Shown: piece by piece, positions 53,074 through 64,000 of the stretch
How positions within the stretch are numbered: position 1 is the first letter of the stretch
How the letters are laid out: each line of letters begins with the position of its first letter
From: Gammaproteobacteria bacterium
Lineage (GTDB): Bacteria; Pseudomonadota; Gammaproteobacteria; Eutrophobiales; Eutrophobiaceae
Assembly (NCBI GenBank): GCA_965116495.1
Contig: OZ220696.1
Span: forward strand, 2,080,001-2,144,000
Direction of reading: 5' to 3'
Length of the DNA stretch: 64,000 bases
Program-made: the position numbers and the translations under genes
Notes under the pieces: model-generated
The model's input: only the letters and a program-made list of their open reading frames with translations
Told to the model about the DNA's origin: nothing
The model's database searches: none

Positions 53074-53445
53074 GGGAGTCAGCCTGTAAGCCGGGTTCTG
53101 TCATGGACAACCATTCATCTGGGGTGCATGTCACCATACACCTCAAGCGGCCTACCCGGGGGCAATGCGGGCCACATTATCGCCCCCTTATTTGGCCTTG
53201 CTCCAGGCGGGGTTTACCATGCCGTGCCTGTTGCCAGCCACGCGGTGCGCTCTTACCGCACCTTTTCACCCTTACCCGGCCACTTTAACAGTGATCGGGC
53301 GGTATATTTTCTGTGGCACTTTCCGTCGGCTCACGCCGCCCAGGAGTTACCTGGCGCCCTGCCCCTGCGGAGCCCGGACTTTCCTCTGCCGGAACCTGAC
53401 GAGTGACCTCATTCCGTCCCGACAGCGATTGCCCGGCTGACTCCC
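53074..53445 (-). ncRNA. rnpB: RNase P RNA (class A)
   Basis: The minus strand has GGAGTCAGCCGGGCAATCGC at the 5' end, GAGGAAAGTCCGGGCTCC, GGAAAGTGCCACAG, GGTAAGGGTGAAAAGGTGCGGTAAGAGCGCACCG, GGTAAACCCC and the 3' ACAGAACCCGGCTTACAGGCTGACTCC. Confidence 0.96.
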
Positions 53446-53600
53446 GTTACTATATTAGGTTGGAACCGTCCCGCTTTCAACTGCGTCTGTTAGGAACAAT
53501 AACCCGGTGAGTGCTTGAACCGGCTGCTACCTGCCCTTATCATTGCAAGCCGCGCAAAATCCAGGTTTACGAAAACAATATATTAACAACAGGAGATCAG

Positions 53601-54224
53601 ATGATGAACGGCATTATCACCCTGACGGGTTATGCGCAGGCGTTACTTGACAAGATCAGGAAATACCTGGAATTCGTTGGTCCCGTGTTACTCAGGTTGT
53701 ACCTCGTCCCCGTGTTCTGGGTAGCGGGCAATAACAAATGGAACCCGCTTGACGAAGACAGTTCGCTGGCCTCTGTAATAGAGTGGTTCGGTAATGCCGA
53801 ATGGGGCCTGGGACTGCCGTTTCCCGCCCTGAACGCCTACATGGCCTGGGGCGCGGAATATTTCGGCGCCATCCTGCTGGCCCTGGGCCTGGCAACCCGC
53901 TGGGTTTGCATCCCGCTCATGGTGACCATGGTTGTCGCCATGTCAACGGTGCATATCAGTCACGGCTGGCAAGCTGTTCATGACCTGAGCAGCCCATACC
54001 CCTCTGCCGACGCCGGCGAGGCGCTGGAGCGTCTGGCCCGGGCAAAAAGCATTTTAAAGGAGCATGGGAATTACAACTGGTTGACGGAGCATGGCAATTT
54101 CATTGTCTCGAATAACGGCATCGAATGGGCGGCAACTTACTTCATCATGCTCGCAGCCCTGTTTTTTCTGGGAGGCGGCAGGTATATCAGCGTGGATTAC
54201 TGGATCAGGCGCAGGTTCAATTAA
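53601..54224 (+). CDS. DoxX family membrane protein
   Basis: AGGAG RBS before ATG 53601; LLRLYLVPVFW, GLATRW, VHISHGW, NNGIEW. Confidence 0.8.
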   Translation: MMNGIITLTGYAQALLDKIRKYLEFVGPVLLRLYLVPVFWVAGNNKWNPLDEDSSLASVIEWFGNAEWGLGLPFPALNAYMAWGAEYFGAILLALGLATRWVCIPLMVTMVVAMSTVHISHGWQAVHDLSSPYPSADAGEALERLARAKSILKEHGNYNWLTEHGNFIVSNNGIEWAATYFIMLAALFFLGGGRYISVDYWIRRRFN

Positions 54225-54311
54225 TAAAACCGGGCACTTTATCCCTAAAAAGACCCCTTTAAGCCCATTTATAGTCCCGTTTCAGAATTTATCCATAATA
54301 TAATCAAGGGG

Positions 54312-55181
54312 TTATCCAGAGTCATGCTGGTCCGACCCCCCTGTCCCTGTCAGGGTTACTGCAAGGTTGTAGATTTCGTTCCTGCTGCCGCCGGTCAACT
54401 CGGTTGCTATCTGCACGCTCTGTTTCAGGGTCAGGGATTTGAGTAATACACTCAGCATGGATGCCAGTTCAGGCGTGTCGATCTTTTTTCTGCCGGCTCC
54501 GGCAATGATGATGACAAATTCACCCCTGCCCTGGTCCGGGTCATGATTTATCCAATCGATCAATCCACCCAGTGTGTCGCGGCGTATGGTTTCAAATTTT
54601 TTAGTCAGTTCCCGGGCGATGGACGCTTCCCTGTCCGGGCCGAAGATTGACGCGGCATCGGCCAAAAAAGCTTTTATCCTGTGAGGGGCTTCATAAAAAA
54701 TCATGGTATGGTCCGCGTCGGCCAGTTTTTGCAGGTGTTTGAACCGAGTCTCCGCCTTACTCGGGGTGAAACCTTCAAACAGGAACCTCCCGGGAGCGAT
54801 GCCGGCTGTCGACAAGGCCGCGATCAATGCCGTCGGACCGGGAACGGGAGACACGGGAATGTTCTCAGTGTGGGCTTGCCTGACCAGCTTGAAACCGGGG
54901 TCGCTGATCAGCGGCGTACCGGCATCGGCTACCAGGGCAACATTGCCTCCGGCGGCAAGCCGGCTGATTACCTTTGGCGTCATGGTCTCCTCGTTATTCC
55001 CATGGTAGGCGAGCAACGCAGTTTTAATATTGTAGGCATTCAATAACTTCCGGCTGTGGCGGGTGTCTTCCGCCAGGATCAGATCAACTGTGGAAAGGAT
55101 TCTTTCCGCACGCCGGCTCAGATCTTCAAGATTGCCGATTGGTGTTGCCACGATAAATAAGGTGCCCGGTTCAGTTGGCAT
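54312..55181 (-). CDS. rsmI: 16S rRNA C1402 2'-O-methyltransferase
   Basis: Start reassigned to ATG 55181 (GGAG RBS). VATPIGNLED, AEDTR, DAGTPLISDPG, ARELTK. Confidence 0.95.
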   Translation of the reverse strand: MPTEPGTLFIVATPIGNLEDLSRRAERILSTVDLILAEDTRHSRKLLNAYNIKTALLAYHGNNEETMTPKVISRLAAGGNVALVADAGTPLISDPGFKLVRQAHTENIPVSPVPGPTALIAALSTAGIAPGRFLFEGFTPSKAETRFKHLQKLADADHTMIFYEAPHRIKAFLADAASIFGPDREASIARELTKKFETIRRDTLGGLIDWINHDPDQGRGEFVIIIAGAGRKKIDTPELASMLSVLLKSLTLKQSVQIATELTGGSRNEIYNLAVTLTGTGGSDQHDSG

Positions 55182-55215
55182 GACATACTCCACTTTTTCG
55201 CTATAGAATAAGCGT

Positions 55216-57075
55216 ATGCGCGCTACATTCAAAATCCTGCTCATAATCCTGTTGTTACATGGCTGTACGCCGGGGGTCAGGAAAGCTGCGGTAGTCGTTG
55301 ACCCGGAAATGGAAATCAGGCAGTTACTGAGTAACGGCCAATATCCGGACGCCGTCGCGGAATACCGGCGCCTGGCGGAATTATACCCGGACAAATCCGA
55401 TTCCTATCATTTACAGGCTGCAGCAATCCTGCTGTCATTGGAGCGACCGGCAGAGGCAGGTGAATTATTATCCGGAACAAATCCGCAGGATACGGACAAC
55501 AATACGTTGAAGACGCTCCTGCAAGCCGAACTCCACTTGCACTACAAGCAACCCGGAACTGCATTGGAACTCCTGTCGCGGGACTTGCCGGCCACCGCCC
55601 CGGCTTCACTCCAGGCGCGGCGCCATCGATTAAGCGCGCTTGCCCATGAACAGCTTGCAGACTTTATCAACGCGGCTGAAGCACGCCTCAGTTATAACAC
55701 CTGGTTACTGCAGGATGCCGGCAAGAAGGCCAATACGGCGAAGATCTGGGAAGACCTGAACATGGCCGAGAAGGATGACCTGCGGGAGGCCCACCGCGCA
55801 GACCCCCAGGCATTGTCGGGCTGGCTGGAGCTTGCGCTTATCAATCGGACCATGTTGGCTGATCCTGAGACATTGTCCCGCGCGCTGGAGGCCTGGCAGG
55901 ACAGGTATCCCGCGCATCCCGCCAACCAGGCCATCATCGGGCAAATTCGCGCGGCCGGCCAACGCCACCACCTGGAACCCCGCCGGATTGCTCTGCTATT
56001 GCCCTTGCGCGGGGGTTACCGGAGAGCTGCCGAGGCAATCAGGGACGGCTTTATTACCGCCTGGTATAACTCGGACCAGGACAGACCCCCGGTTAAAATA
56101 TACGAGGCAAACTCGCTGAACGTTGAGCAGGCCTATACACAGGCCGTGACGGACGGCGCGGATATCATTGTCGGCCCACTGGAAAAACAGGCACTGACAA
56201 AGTTGTCATCTTCGGCCAGCCTGCCGGTGCCCACACTGGCCTTGAACCAGATACAGCCTGTGCCTGACATGGCCGCAGGCGCTGATGGAAATACGATCCC
56301 GCACCTGATGCAGTTCGGACTGTCTCCGGAAGATGAGGCGCGCCAGGCGGCAGAACGGGCTTTTGCAGACGGGCACACCAGGGCCCTGGTCATTATTCCG
56401 AATGACCGGTGGGGCCGGCGCCTGTACGGCGCATTCCGGGAAAACTGGTCTGAACTGGGCGGAAAAATACTGGAAACAATTGATTATGACCCTCAGAGTA
56501 ACGATTATTCCGCTCCGGTCAAACAGTTGTTGAACGTGGACAGCAGTGAATTCCGGGTGCAACGACTCCGGCAGGCGCTAAACAGGAAACTGGAAAACCA
56601 CACCCGCCGGCGCCGTGATGCGGACGTGATTTTCATGGCCGCATTTCCCATTGCCGGACGCCAGATCATGCCGCAGCTACGCTTCCACGATGCCGGGCAA
56701 ATTCCCGTTTATGCAACCTCGCATATCTTTACCGGCAGCGCCAATCCACAGGCCGATATGGATATGGACGACGTCATTTTTCCCGACCTGCCCTGGATTC
56801 TTTTTCCCCATGATGAAAGCTCATCGATAAAGTCCATCATCAGCCGTAATTTTCGGGCCGATACATCCGCTTACCAGCGTTTATATGCATTGGGGGTGGA
56901 TGCCTTTCATCTCATCCCGTATCTTTCCCGTCTGGCGTTTGATGATGAGGCTGGTTTCAATGGGGAAACGGGGTTTCTCAGCATGTCCGGGGACGGCCGC
57001 ATCAACAGAAAATTACCCTGGGCTAAAATTATCAACGGCAAACCGGAATTACTTGAAGCCCATGGGGGGAGATAA
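55216..57075 (+). CDS. lpoA: Penicillin-binding protein activator LpoA (lipoprotein)
   Basis: Lipobox LHGC, WQDRYPAHPA, IALLLPL, IVGPLEK, RLYALGVDA; divergent from rsmI. Confidence 0.88.
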   Translation: MRATFKILLIILLLHGCTPGVRKAAVVVDPEMEIRQLLSNGQYPDAVAEYRRLAELYPDKSDSYHLQAAAILLSLERPAEAGELLSGTNPQDTDNNTLKTLLQAELHLHYKQPGTALELLSRDLPATAPASLQARRHRLSALAHEQLADFINAAEARLSYNTWLLQDAGKKANTAKIWEDLNMAEKDDLREAHRADPQALSGWLELALINRTMLADPETLSRALEAWQDRYPAHPANQAIIGQIRAAGQRHHLEPRRIALLLPLRGGYRRAAEAIRDGFITAWYNSDQDRPPVKIYEANSLNVEQAYTQAVTDGADIIVGPLEKQALTKLSSSASLPVPTLALNQIQPVPDMAAGADGNTIPHLMQFGLSPEDEARQAAERAFADGHTRALVIIPNDRWGRRLYGAFRENWSELGGKILETIDYDPQSNDYSAPVKQLLNVDSSEFRVQRLRQALNRKLENHTRRRRDADVIFMAAFPIAGRQIMPQLRFHDAGQIPVYATSHIFTGSANPQADMDMDDVIFPDLPWILFPHDESSSIKSIISRNFRADTSAYQRLYALGVDAFHLIPYLSRLAFDDEAGFNGETGFLSMSGDGRINRKLPWAKIINGKPELLEAHGGR

Positions 57076-57429
57076 TTCCCGGGCTGAATTCGGCCGGATG
57101 GCCGAGAACCTGGCTTTGCATTACCTGCAAAATCACGGCCTGACTCTGCTGCAGCGTAACTATCGCTCCCGGTTCGGTGAGATTGACTTGATCATGCAGG
57201 AAAAGAATACCATTATATTCATAGAAGTCAGGTCGAGAAAAAACAGTGCTTTTTTACATCCGGCTGAGACTGTTGATTGTACAAAGAGAAACAAAATCAG
57301 GAAAACCAGCCAGGTCTTTATGCAGCAAACATCCGCAGGCAACCGGTTCAACTGGCGTTTTGACGTCATCACGTTGACTGGCAACAGGGCAAGCGGCATG
57401 AAGATCGAGTGGTTCAAGGCGGCATTTTA

Positions 57430-57430
<1 letters not shown>
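57062..57430 (+). CDS. yraN: YraN family protein
   Basis: ATG 57062; AENLA, RNYRSRFGEIDLIM, FIEVR, RFDV. Confidence 0.9.
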
Positions 57431-59073
<1,643 letters not shown>

Positions 59074-59085
59074 AACCCGAATTTT

Positions 59086-59156
59086 GGGGTCAGAGTTAAA
59101 ATACAGTCATATGCAGTTGTTGCCGGTTTATTCCAGAGTATTTTTACTCTGACCCC
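59086..59156. repeat. REP-like inverted pair GGGGTCAGAGT between the convergent dolP and sspA genes
   Basis: ggggtcagagttaaaatac / gtatttttactctgacccc. Confidence 0.78.
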
Positions 59157-59165
59157 GGATATTCG

Positions 59166-59804
59166 TCAGGCCGTCAGACGCTCACTCATCTCGCGTTCCG
59201 GCTCGGACATGCTGGACTGGAACGCGTCGCGTTCAAACAGCGATTCTGCATATCTGCGCAATGCCCTGGCGCTGGCGGGCAACCGGATACCGTAGGCTTC
59301 CAGACGCCACAACAACGGCGCCATAAAGCAGTCCACTAACGTATATTCCTCGGACATAAAATAAGGCATTTGAGAGAATGCGGGATCGATTGCCAACAAG
59401 CTGGTGCGCAGGTTTCTCCTGGCGCCTGCTGCGGCAATTTCATTTTCACTGTCCAGTTCTTCAGCCAGGTTATACAGGTCCCGCATAATCCGAAATCTCA
59501 ACTGCCTGTTAACGGCGCGGGACATGGGATCGACCGGCATCAACGGTGGGTGTGGGAAGCGTTCATCCAGGTATTCCAATATGATCTGGACATCATACAA
59601 GGTAAGTTCCCGGTCTACCAGGGTGGGAACCGTGCCGTATGGATTTAACTCCGCCAGTTCTTCGGGAATAGTGTCCTCGTGAATATATTTGATCTCCGTA
59701 TCGATGTCTTTTTCCGCCAGTACCAGGCGTACACAGTGACAGAGCGGACCGGTCCTGTCTGAATACAGGACCATCACCGGACCGCCGTTAAGTAAGGTAA
59801 TCAT
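59166..59804 (-). CDS. sspA: Stringent starvation protein A (GST-like)
   Basis: RLVLAEK, ELNPYGTVPTLVDR, EYLDERFPHPPLMP; follows petC. Confidence 0.92.
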   Translation of the reverse strand: MITLLNGGPVMVLYSDRTGPLCHCVRLVLAEKDIDTEIKYIHEDTIPEELAELNPYGTVPTLVDRELTLYDVQIILEYLDERFPHPPLMPVDPMSRAVNRQLRFRIMRDLYNLAEELDSENEIAAAGARRNLRTSLLAIDPAFSQMPYFMSEEYTLVDCFMAPLLWRLEAYGIRLPASARALRRYAESLFERDAFQSSMSEPEREMSERLTA

Positions 59805-59811
59805 TTGAAGT

Positions 59812-60576
59812 TCAATGTACGTCGCGCCAGTATTCCCGCTTGAGCAGGTAGACGATTACCAGTAACACCAGCAGGTAGGTTATCGTCCAGGCGCCGATTG
59901 TCTTGCGTTTAAGTTTGATGGGTTCACCAAGGTAAACCATAAAATTTACCAGGTCGCTGACCGTCTCCTCGTAGCTTTCATCCTGGTAGGGTTTCGGCTT
60001 GTCGACTGCTTCGGTCACGAGCTCCAGGGAGTCGATTACCCTGCTTATCCTGCCGTCGTCCCGGTGGGTCACTTCCTTGTACACAGGCTCCTGCCAGCCC
60101 TGTAACTGCCAGAGCACATGCGGCATTGCGGTGTCCTCAAAGGCCAGGTTGTTGACACCGGTGGGTCGGGATGGGTCCCTATAAAACGTCATCAGGTAAG
60201 TATACAACCAGTCAGCGCCGCGGGAACGGGCAGTAACGGACAGGTCGGGCGGAGTGATGCCGAAATATTTTTCCGCTTCCCGCCTATTCAAGGCAATAGT
60301 CATGGTGTCACCCGATTTGTCCGTCCCGAACATGAAATTATCTTTCAGGACGTCCTCGCTGATGTGCAGGTCCCGGCCCAGGCGATTGTAGCGCATAAAC
60401 GAGGCTGAATGACAACTGAGGCAATAGTTTACGAAGGTACGGGCGCCGCGCTGCAGTGATTTCCTGTCGGACAGGTCTACATCCATGTGCATCATGTGGC
60501 CGTTGTTGACGGCAGGCCAGCATGGAGCAGTCATCAGCAGCGGCAAAATGGTACCGAATAGAGCGCGCTTGTTCAT
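59812..60576 (-). CDS. petC: Cytochrome c1
   Basis: LQRGA...YCLSCHS heme motif, PPDLS, AMPHVL, C-terminal TM. Confidence 0.95.
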   Translation of the reverse strand: MNKRALFGTILPLLMTAPCWPAVNNGHMMHMDVDLSDRKSLQRGARTFVNYCLSCHSASFMRYNRLGRDLHISEDVLKDNFMFGTDKSGDTMTIALNRREAEKYFGITPPDLSVTARSRGADWLYTYLMTFYRDPSRPTGVNNLAFEDTAMPHVLWQLQGWQEPVYKEVTHRDDGRISRVIDSLELVTEAVDKPKPYQDESYEETVSDLVNFMVYLGEPIKLKRKTIGAWTITYLLVLLVIVYLLKREYWRDVH

Positions 60577-61793
60577 GTCACCCTGTCCGGTACGGGTTTA
60601 TCCTTATCGGAGCTGGTGTAAATCGGCATCAACAGGAAAAACAGGAAATAGATCAGTGTAAACAGGCGCGCCATCCAGGTGTAACCCGTCGTGGCGGGTT
60701 GCAGCCCCAGCCAGCCCAGCATGATAAAACTGACCGTGAACAAGGCCAGGGCAGACTTGTATTTCCAGCCCCGGTAACGGATGGACTTGACCGGGCTCCG
60801 GTCCAGCCAGGGCAGAAAACAGAACAACAGCGTTGCCGCGCCCATGGCCACGACACCGCCGAACTGGCTCGGTATGGCCCGCAGAATGGCGTAGAACGGC
60901 GTGAAATACCACACCGGCGCGATGTGTTCCGGTGTCTTCAGCGGGTCTGCGGGAATAAAATTATTTGCTTCGAGAAAATAGCCGCCCATTTCCGGCGTGA
61001 AAAATACAACCGCACAAAAAATGATTAAAAAGACCACCACCCCGACGATATCCTTGACCGTGTAATAAGGATGAAAGGGAATGCCGTCCAACGGGATGCC
61101 ACCGGCATCCTTGTGATTCTTTATTTCAACTCCATCCGGATTATTCGAACCGACCTCGTGCAGGGCGATCAGGTGCGCGCCGACCAGGCCGCACAACACC
61201 AGCGGGAAGGCGATGACGTGCAGGGAGAAAAACCGGTTCAGGGTCACGTCGGACACGACGAAATCACCCCGTATCCACAGGGCAAGCTCGTCTCCGACAA
61301 CCGGCAATGCGCCAAACAGCGAGATGATTACCTGCGCGCCCCAGTAAGACATCTGTCCCCACGGCAACAGGTAGCCGAAGAATGCCTCGCCCATGAGGGT
61401 GAAGTAGATGAGCATGCCGATGATCCAGAGCAACTCCCTGGGCCGCTTGTAGGAACCGTACAGCATGGCCCGGTACATGTGCAGGTAGATCACGATAAAG
61501 AACGCTGAGGCGCCGGTAGAGTGCATGTAACGTATCCACCAGCCCCACTCCACATCGCGCATGATGTACTCGACCGAGGCAAACGCGAGTTCCGCGGACG
61601 GTTTGTAATTCATCGTCAACCAGATCCCGGTAACAATCTGGATCACCAGGACGAACAGGGCCAATGAGCCGAAGAAATACCAGAAATTAAAATTTTTCGG
61701 GGCGTAATACCGGGCCAGGTGGTCGTTCCACAACTGTAGCAGCGGAAAGCGCGCGTCCACCCAGTCGCGCAACGCGGTTAACCGTTTAATCAT
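60573..61793 (-). CDS. petB: Cytochrome b
   Basis: KNFNFWYFFGS, RYMHSTGAS, GYLLPWGQMSYWG, HIAPVWYF. Confidence 0.97.
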   Translation of the reverse strand: MIKRLTALRDWVDARFPLLQLWNDHLARYYAPKNFNFWYFFGSLALFVLVIQIVTGIWLTMNYKPSAELAFASVEYIMRDVEWGWWIRYMHSTGASAFFIVIYLHMYRAMLYGSYKRPRELLWIIGMLIYFTLMGEAFFGYLLPWGQMSYWGAQVIISLFGALPVVGDELALWIRGDFVVSDVTLNRFFSLHVIAFPLVLCGLVGAHLIALHEVGSNNPDGVEIKNHKDAGGIPLDGIPFHPYYTVKDIVGVVVFLIIFCAVVFFTPEMGGYFLEANNFIPADPLKTPEHIAPVWYFTPFYAILRAIPSQFGGVVAMGAATLLFCFLPWLDRSPVKSIRYRGWKYKSALALFTVSFIMLGWLGLQPATTGYTWMARLFTLIYFLFFLLMPIYTSSDKDKPVPDRVT

Positions 61794-62395
61794 GACTGGG
61801 CGGCACCCGAATCATCGCCGATCAATACCCGGGTATCGCTAAGGTACTGGTGCGGCGGCACCACCAGGTTGGTGGGCGCAGGCACACCTTTGAAAACCCT
61901 GCCGGCCAGGTCAAAACGGCTGCCGTGACAGGGGCAGAAAAACCCTCCCTGCCAGTCTTCGCCGAGCTGGTGGGTTTCACCTTCCCCTTTTCTTGCGTAA
62001 ACGGGGGAACATCCCAGGTGGGTACAGATCCCCAGCACGATCAGGTATTCCGCGCGTTGTGAACGGTACTCGTTCCTGGCATAAAACGGTTGTTGTTCGG
62101 CTTTCGACGCCGGGTCCTTTACATCCTCATCCAACGCGTTGAGTTCATCTATGGCTGCCTCGTTGCGGCGCAGGATCCAGACCGGTTTGCCGCGCCACTT
62201 GACTATTTTTCGCTCCCCGAACTCCAGATCACCGATATCGACCTCAATCGGGGCGCCGATTGCCCTGGCCCTGGCGCTGGGCGTCAATGTAGATACGAAC
62301 GGCACACTGGTTGCCAGCGCGCCGGCCCCGCCCACAACGGACGCAGTGGTGGTGAGAAAGCGGCGGCGTTCAGTATTTATTCCCTCGTTCTTCAT
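61790..62395 (-). CDS. petA: Ubiquinol-cytochrome c reductase Rieske iron-sulfur subunit
   Basis: Tat motif RRRFL, CTHLGC and CPCHGS; start at ATG 62395. Confidence 0.96.
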   Translation of the reverse strand: MKNEGINTERRRFLTTTASVVGGAGALATSVPFVSTLTPSARARAIGAPIEVDIGDLEFGERKIVKWRGKPVWILRRNEAAIDELNALDEDVKDPASKAEQQPFYARNEYRSQRAEYLIVLGICTHLGCSPVYARKGEGETHQLGEDWQGGFFCPCHGSRFDLAGRVFKGVPAPTNLVVPPHQYLSDTRVLIGDDSGAAQS

Positions 62396-62498
62396 TCCGT
62401 ACAACCTCAGACTCGTTGTTGCGTTACAAACTGCTAAAAAAGGGGGGATTATATCATGAACTGTTGAATAACGTGTCGCCTCGGCGACGGCGTTTTGA

Positions 62499-62586
62499 CT
62501 GGATTCCCGCGTGCGCGGAAATGACGAATCTCTTTTACCGCCACTCCCGCACCCCTACCGTCACTCCCGCGAATGCGGGAGTCCAG
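62499..62586. repeat. Two ATTCCC/ACTCCC-type palindromic repeats between petA and bamD
   Basis: ctggattcccgcgtgcgcggaaatgacg (62499-62526) and cgtcactcccgcgaatgcgggagtccag (62559-62586). Confidence 0.78.
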
Positions 62587-62680
62587 TAGACTACTCATCC
62601 CGAAGGGACATCTTATTATTGTCTTACGAGCAGGTTTTATGAGACTATTTGCGGGTGAACCATTCTGATCCGGAAATGAA

Positions 62681-63463
62681 ATGTATCGACACCTGATACC
62701 CTGTATTTGCACACTCCTGCTGCTCGGCGGGTGTGCCTGGTTTGGCGACAAGGACGGTGATGAAGCGAAGAACTGGACGGTGGAACGCCTGTACTCCGAA
62801 GCCAAGGGGGCGCTCGATTCCGGTTATTACAGCAAGGCGGTCGAGTATTATGAATTTCTCGAAACCCGCTTTCCATTCGGAGTTTACGGGCAACAGTCTC
62901 TGCTGGACCTGGCATACGCCTATTACAAGACTGAAGAATTTGATTCGTCCATTGCCGCCTGCGACCGGTTTATTCGTCTCTATCCCCAGAACACTTACGT
63001 CGATTATGCCTATTTCCTGAAGGGACTGGTGAACTTTAACCGCGGAAAAGGCTTGACGGAACGATTTTTACCGATTGATTCGAGCCATCGCGACCAGGGT
63101 TCAGCCCTGACCTCATTCCAGGCTTTTTCCGAACTCCTGGAAAAATATCCCCAGAGCCAGTATGCCGAGGACGCAAAAAAGAGGATGGTGTTCCTGCGCA
63201 ACCGCCTCGCCAAACATGAAATCCACGTAGCAAACTATTATATGAAAAGAGGCGCGTACCTGGCTGCAGTCAACCGGGCAAGGACCGTGGTGGAAACCTA
63301 CCCGCGCACACCTTCGGTACCCGACGCCCTGGTGTTGATGGCCAAGGCCTATAAAGTCCTGGAAATGCCGGACTTGTCCGCGGACACCGTACGCGTGCTG
63401 CAATTAAACTATCCGAACCATCCCGGAATCTACGACGTCAGAGACATCATCGTCGAAGATTAA
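62681..63463 (+). CDS. bamD: Outer membrane protein assembly factor BamD
   Basis: Lipobox LGGC, TPR repeats, RFPFG, DRFIRLYP, LAKHE...YYMKRGAYLAAVNRA. Confidence 0.94.
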   Translation: MYRHLIPCICTLLLLGGCAWFGDKDGDEAKNWTVERLYSEAKGALDSGYYSKAVEYYEFLETRFPFGVYGQQSLLDLAYAYYKTEEFDSSIAACDRFIRLYPQNTYVDYAYFLKGLVNFNRGKGLTERFLPIDSSHRDQGSALTSFQAFSELLEKYPQSQYAEDAKKRMVFLRNRLAKHEIHVANYYMKRGAYLAAVNRARTVVETYPRTPSVPDALVLMAKAYKVLEMPDLSADTVRVLQLNYPNHPGIYDVRDIIVED

Positions 63464-63564
63464 TCTGAATTTCCCTAAACGGTTGGTGACCCAAGAACGG
63501 GAACGGGGTCAGTAGCATTAGTTTCTGTACGAATGAAAAAAGCTTGGCTCCTTCGGATTCGCTA

Positions 63565-63999
63565 CTAGTAAATTTCACTTACGGACCTTCGCATGTAGAT
63601 TGTCGGATTGCCGTACATTCCATCGGAAAGCGACTCCGGGCTGAGGTGTTCTATTACCGGCCCCTGCCCCATTTTGCTACGCCAGCGTCCGTTGGGGGTC
63701 TGTAATGCCGCGTGTTCAAATCTACCATGGATTTCGTATAGCGCGACCTTTTCGTAGCCATCTTCGAAGCTACTGTCGTCGCATTGTTCGTATTCCAGTC
63801 CGGCGAATATTTCCTTGAGGCTTGCTATCTTGTTATCGACTGTTGCCCACGGAGGCCAGTAGTCAATTCCGTTAGGCCACCACCAATTGGTTGTATCTCC
63901 GGCAGCATATGCGATGCAGTTATAACGACCTGATGCTTGTTCTACTATCTTGAACCCTTCACTGGACAGCCTTGGAAATGTTTGGGTAAGCGACCGTAC
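63565..63999 (-). CDS. Partial hypothetical protein with YNCIAYA / HAA / WRSKMG motifs (DUF7689-like, tentative)
   Basis: Not in the ORF track because the start is outside the window. Manual translation gives 144 open codons: ...FPRLSSEGFKIV...YNCIAYAAGD...WWWP...YWP...EKVALY...HAALQTPNGRWRSKMG...YGNP... Confidence 0.7.
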   Translation of the reverse strand, partial: VRSLTQTFPRLSSEGFKIVEQASGRYNCIAYAAGDTTNWWWPNGIDYWPPWATVDNKIASLKEIFAGLEYEQCDDSSFEDGYEKVALYEIHGRFEHAALQTPNGRWRSKMGQGPVIEHLSPESLSDGMYGNPTIYMRRSVSEIY

Positions 64000-64000
64000 C

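Noticed and set aside
52885-53440. ORFs 52885..53406, 53103..53288 and 53165..53440
   Set aside because: They overlap rnpB antisense and palindromic repeats.
54225-54311. Weak ~11-bp periodic CCC runs between the DoxX gene and rsmI
   Set aside because: Too short and degenerate to distinguish from chance.

Overview
A mostly core-genome segment of a gammaproteobacterium. Housekeeping content: yajC-secDF, pdxB, purN, MMPL-mlaC-ibaG-murA-hisG-hisD, degS, rluD-pgeF-clpB, pilD-coaE-zapD, a mutT-thiE fusion, argJ, secA, the complete dcw cluster (mraZ to lpxC, with a 1-nt frameshift in murG), rnpB, rsmI-lpoA-yraN-gmhA-dolP, petABC-sspA and bamD. Accessory material is concentrated at the left end: a type I restriction subunit HsdR that runs off the window, and an AAA+ ATPase/DUF4143-type PD-(D/E)XK gene preceded by an array of about 8 units of 23 bp. 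There is also a hipBA module with three phased operators, and a partial Cys/His-motif gene at the right edge. Intergenic DNA is crowded with several families of small palindromic or MITE-like elements; some are nested, and some sit in-frame inside pdxB, pgeF and clpB. Gene-order logic suggests an inversion (or mis-join) of about 42 kb between ~20.2 kb and ~62.5 kb. The most novel-looking item is the 23-bp array coupled to the ATPase-nuclease gene next to the restriction system. All product calls rest on motifs read by eye and on synteny; no database search was run.
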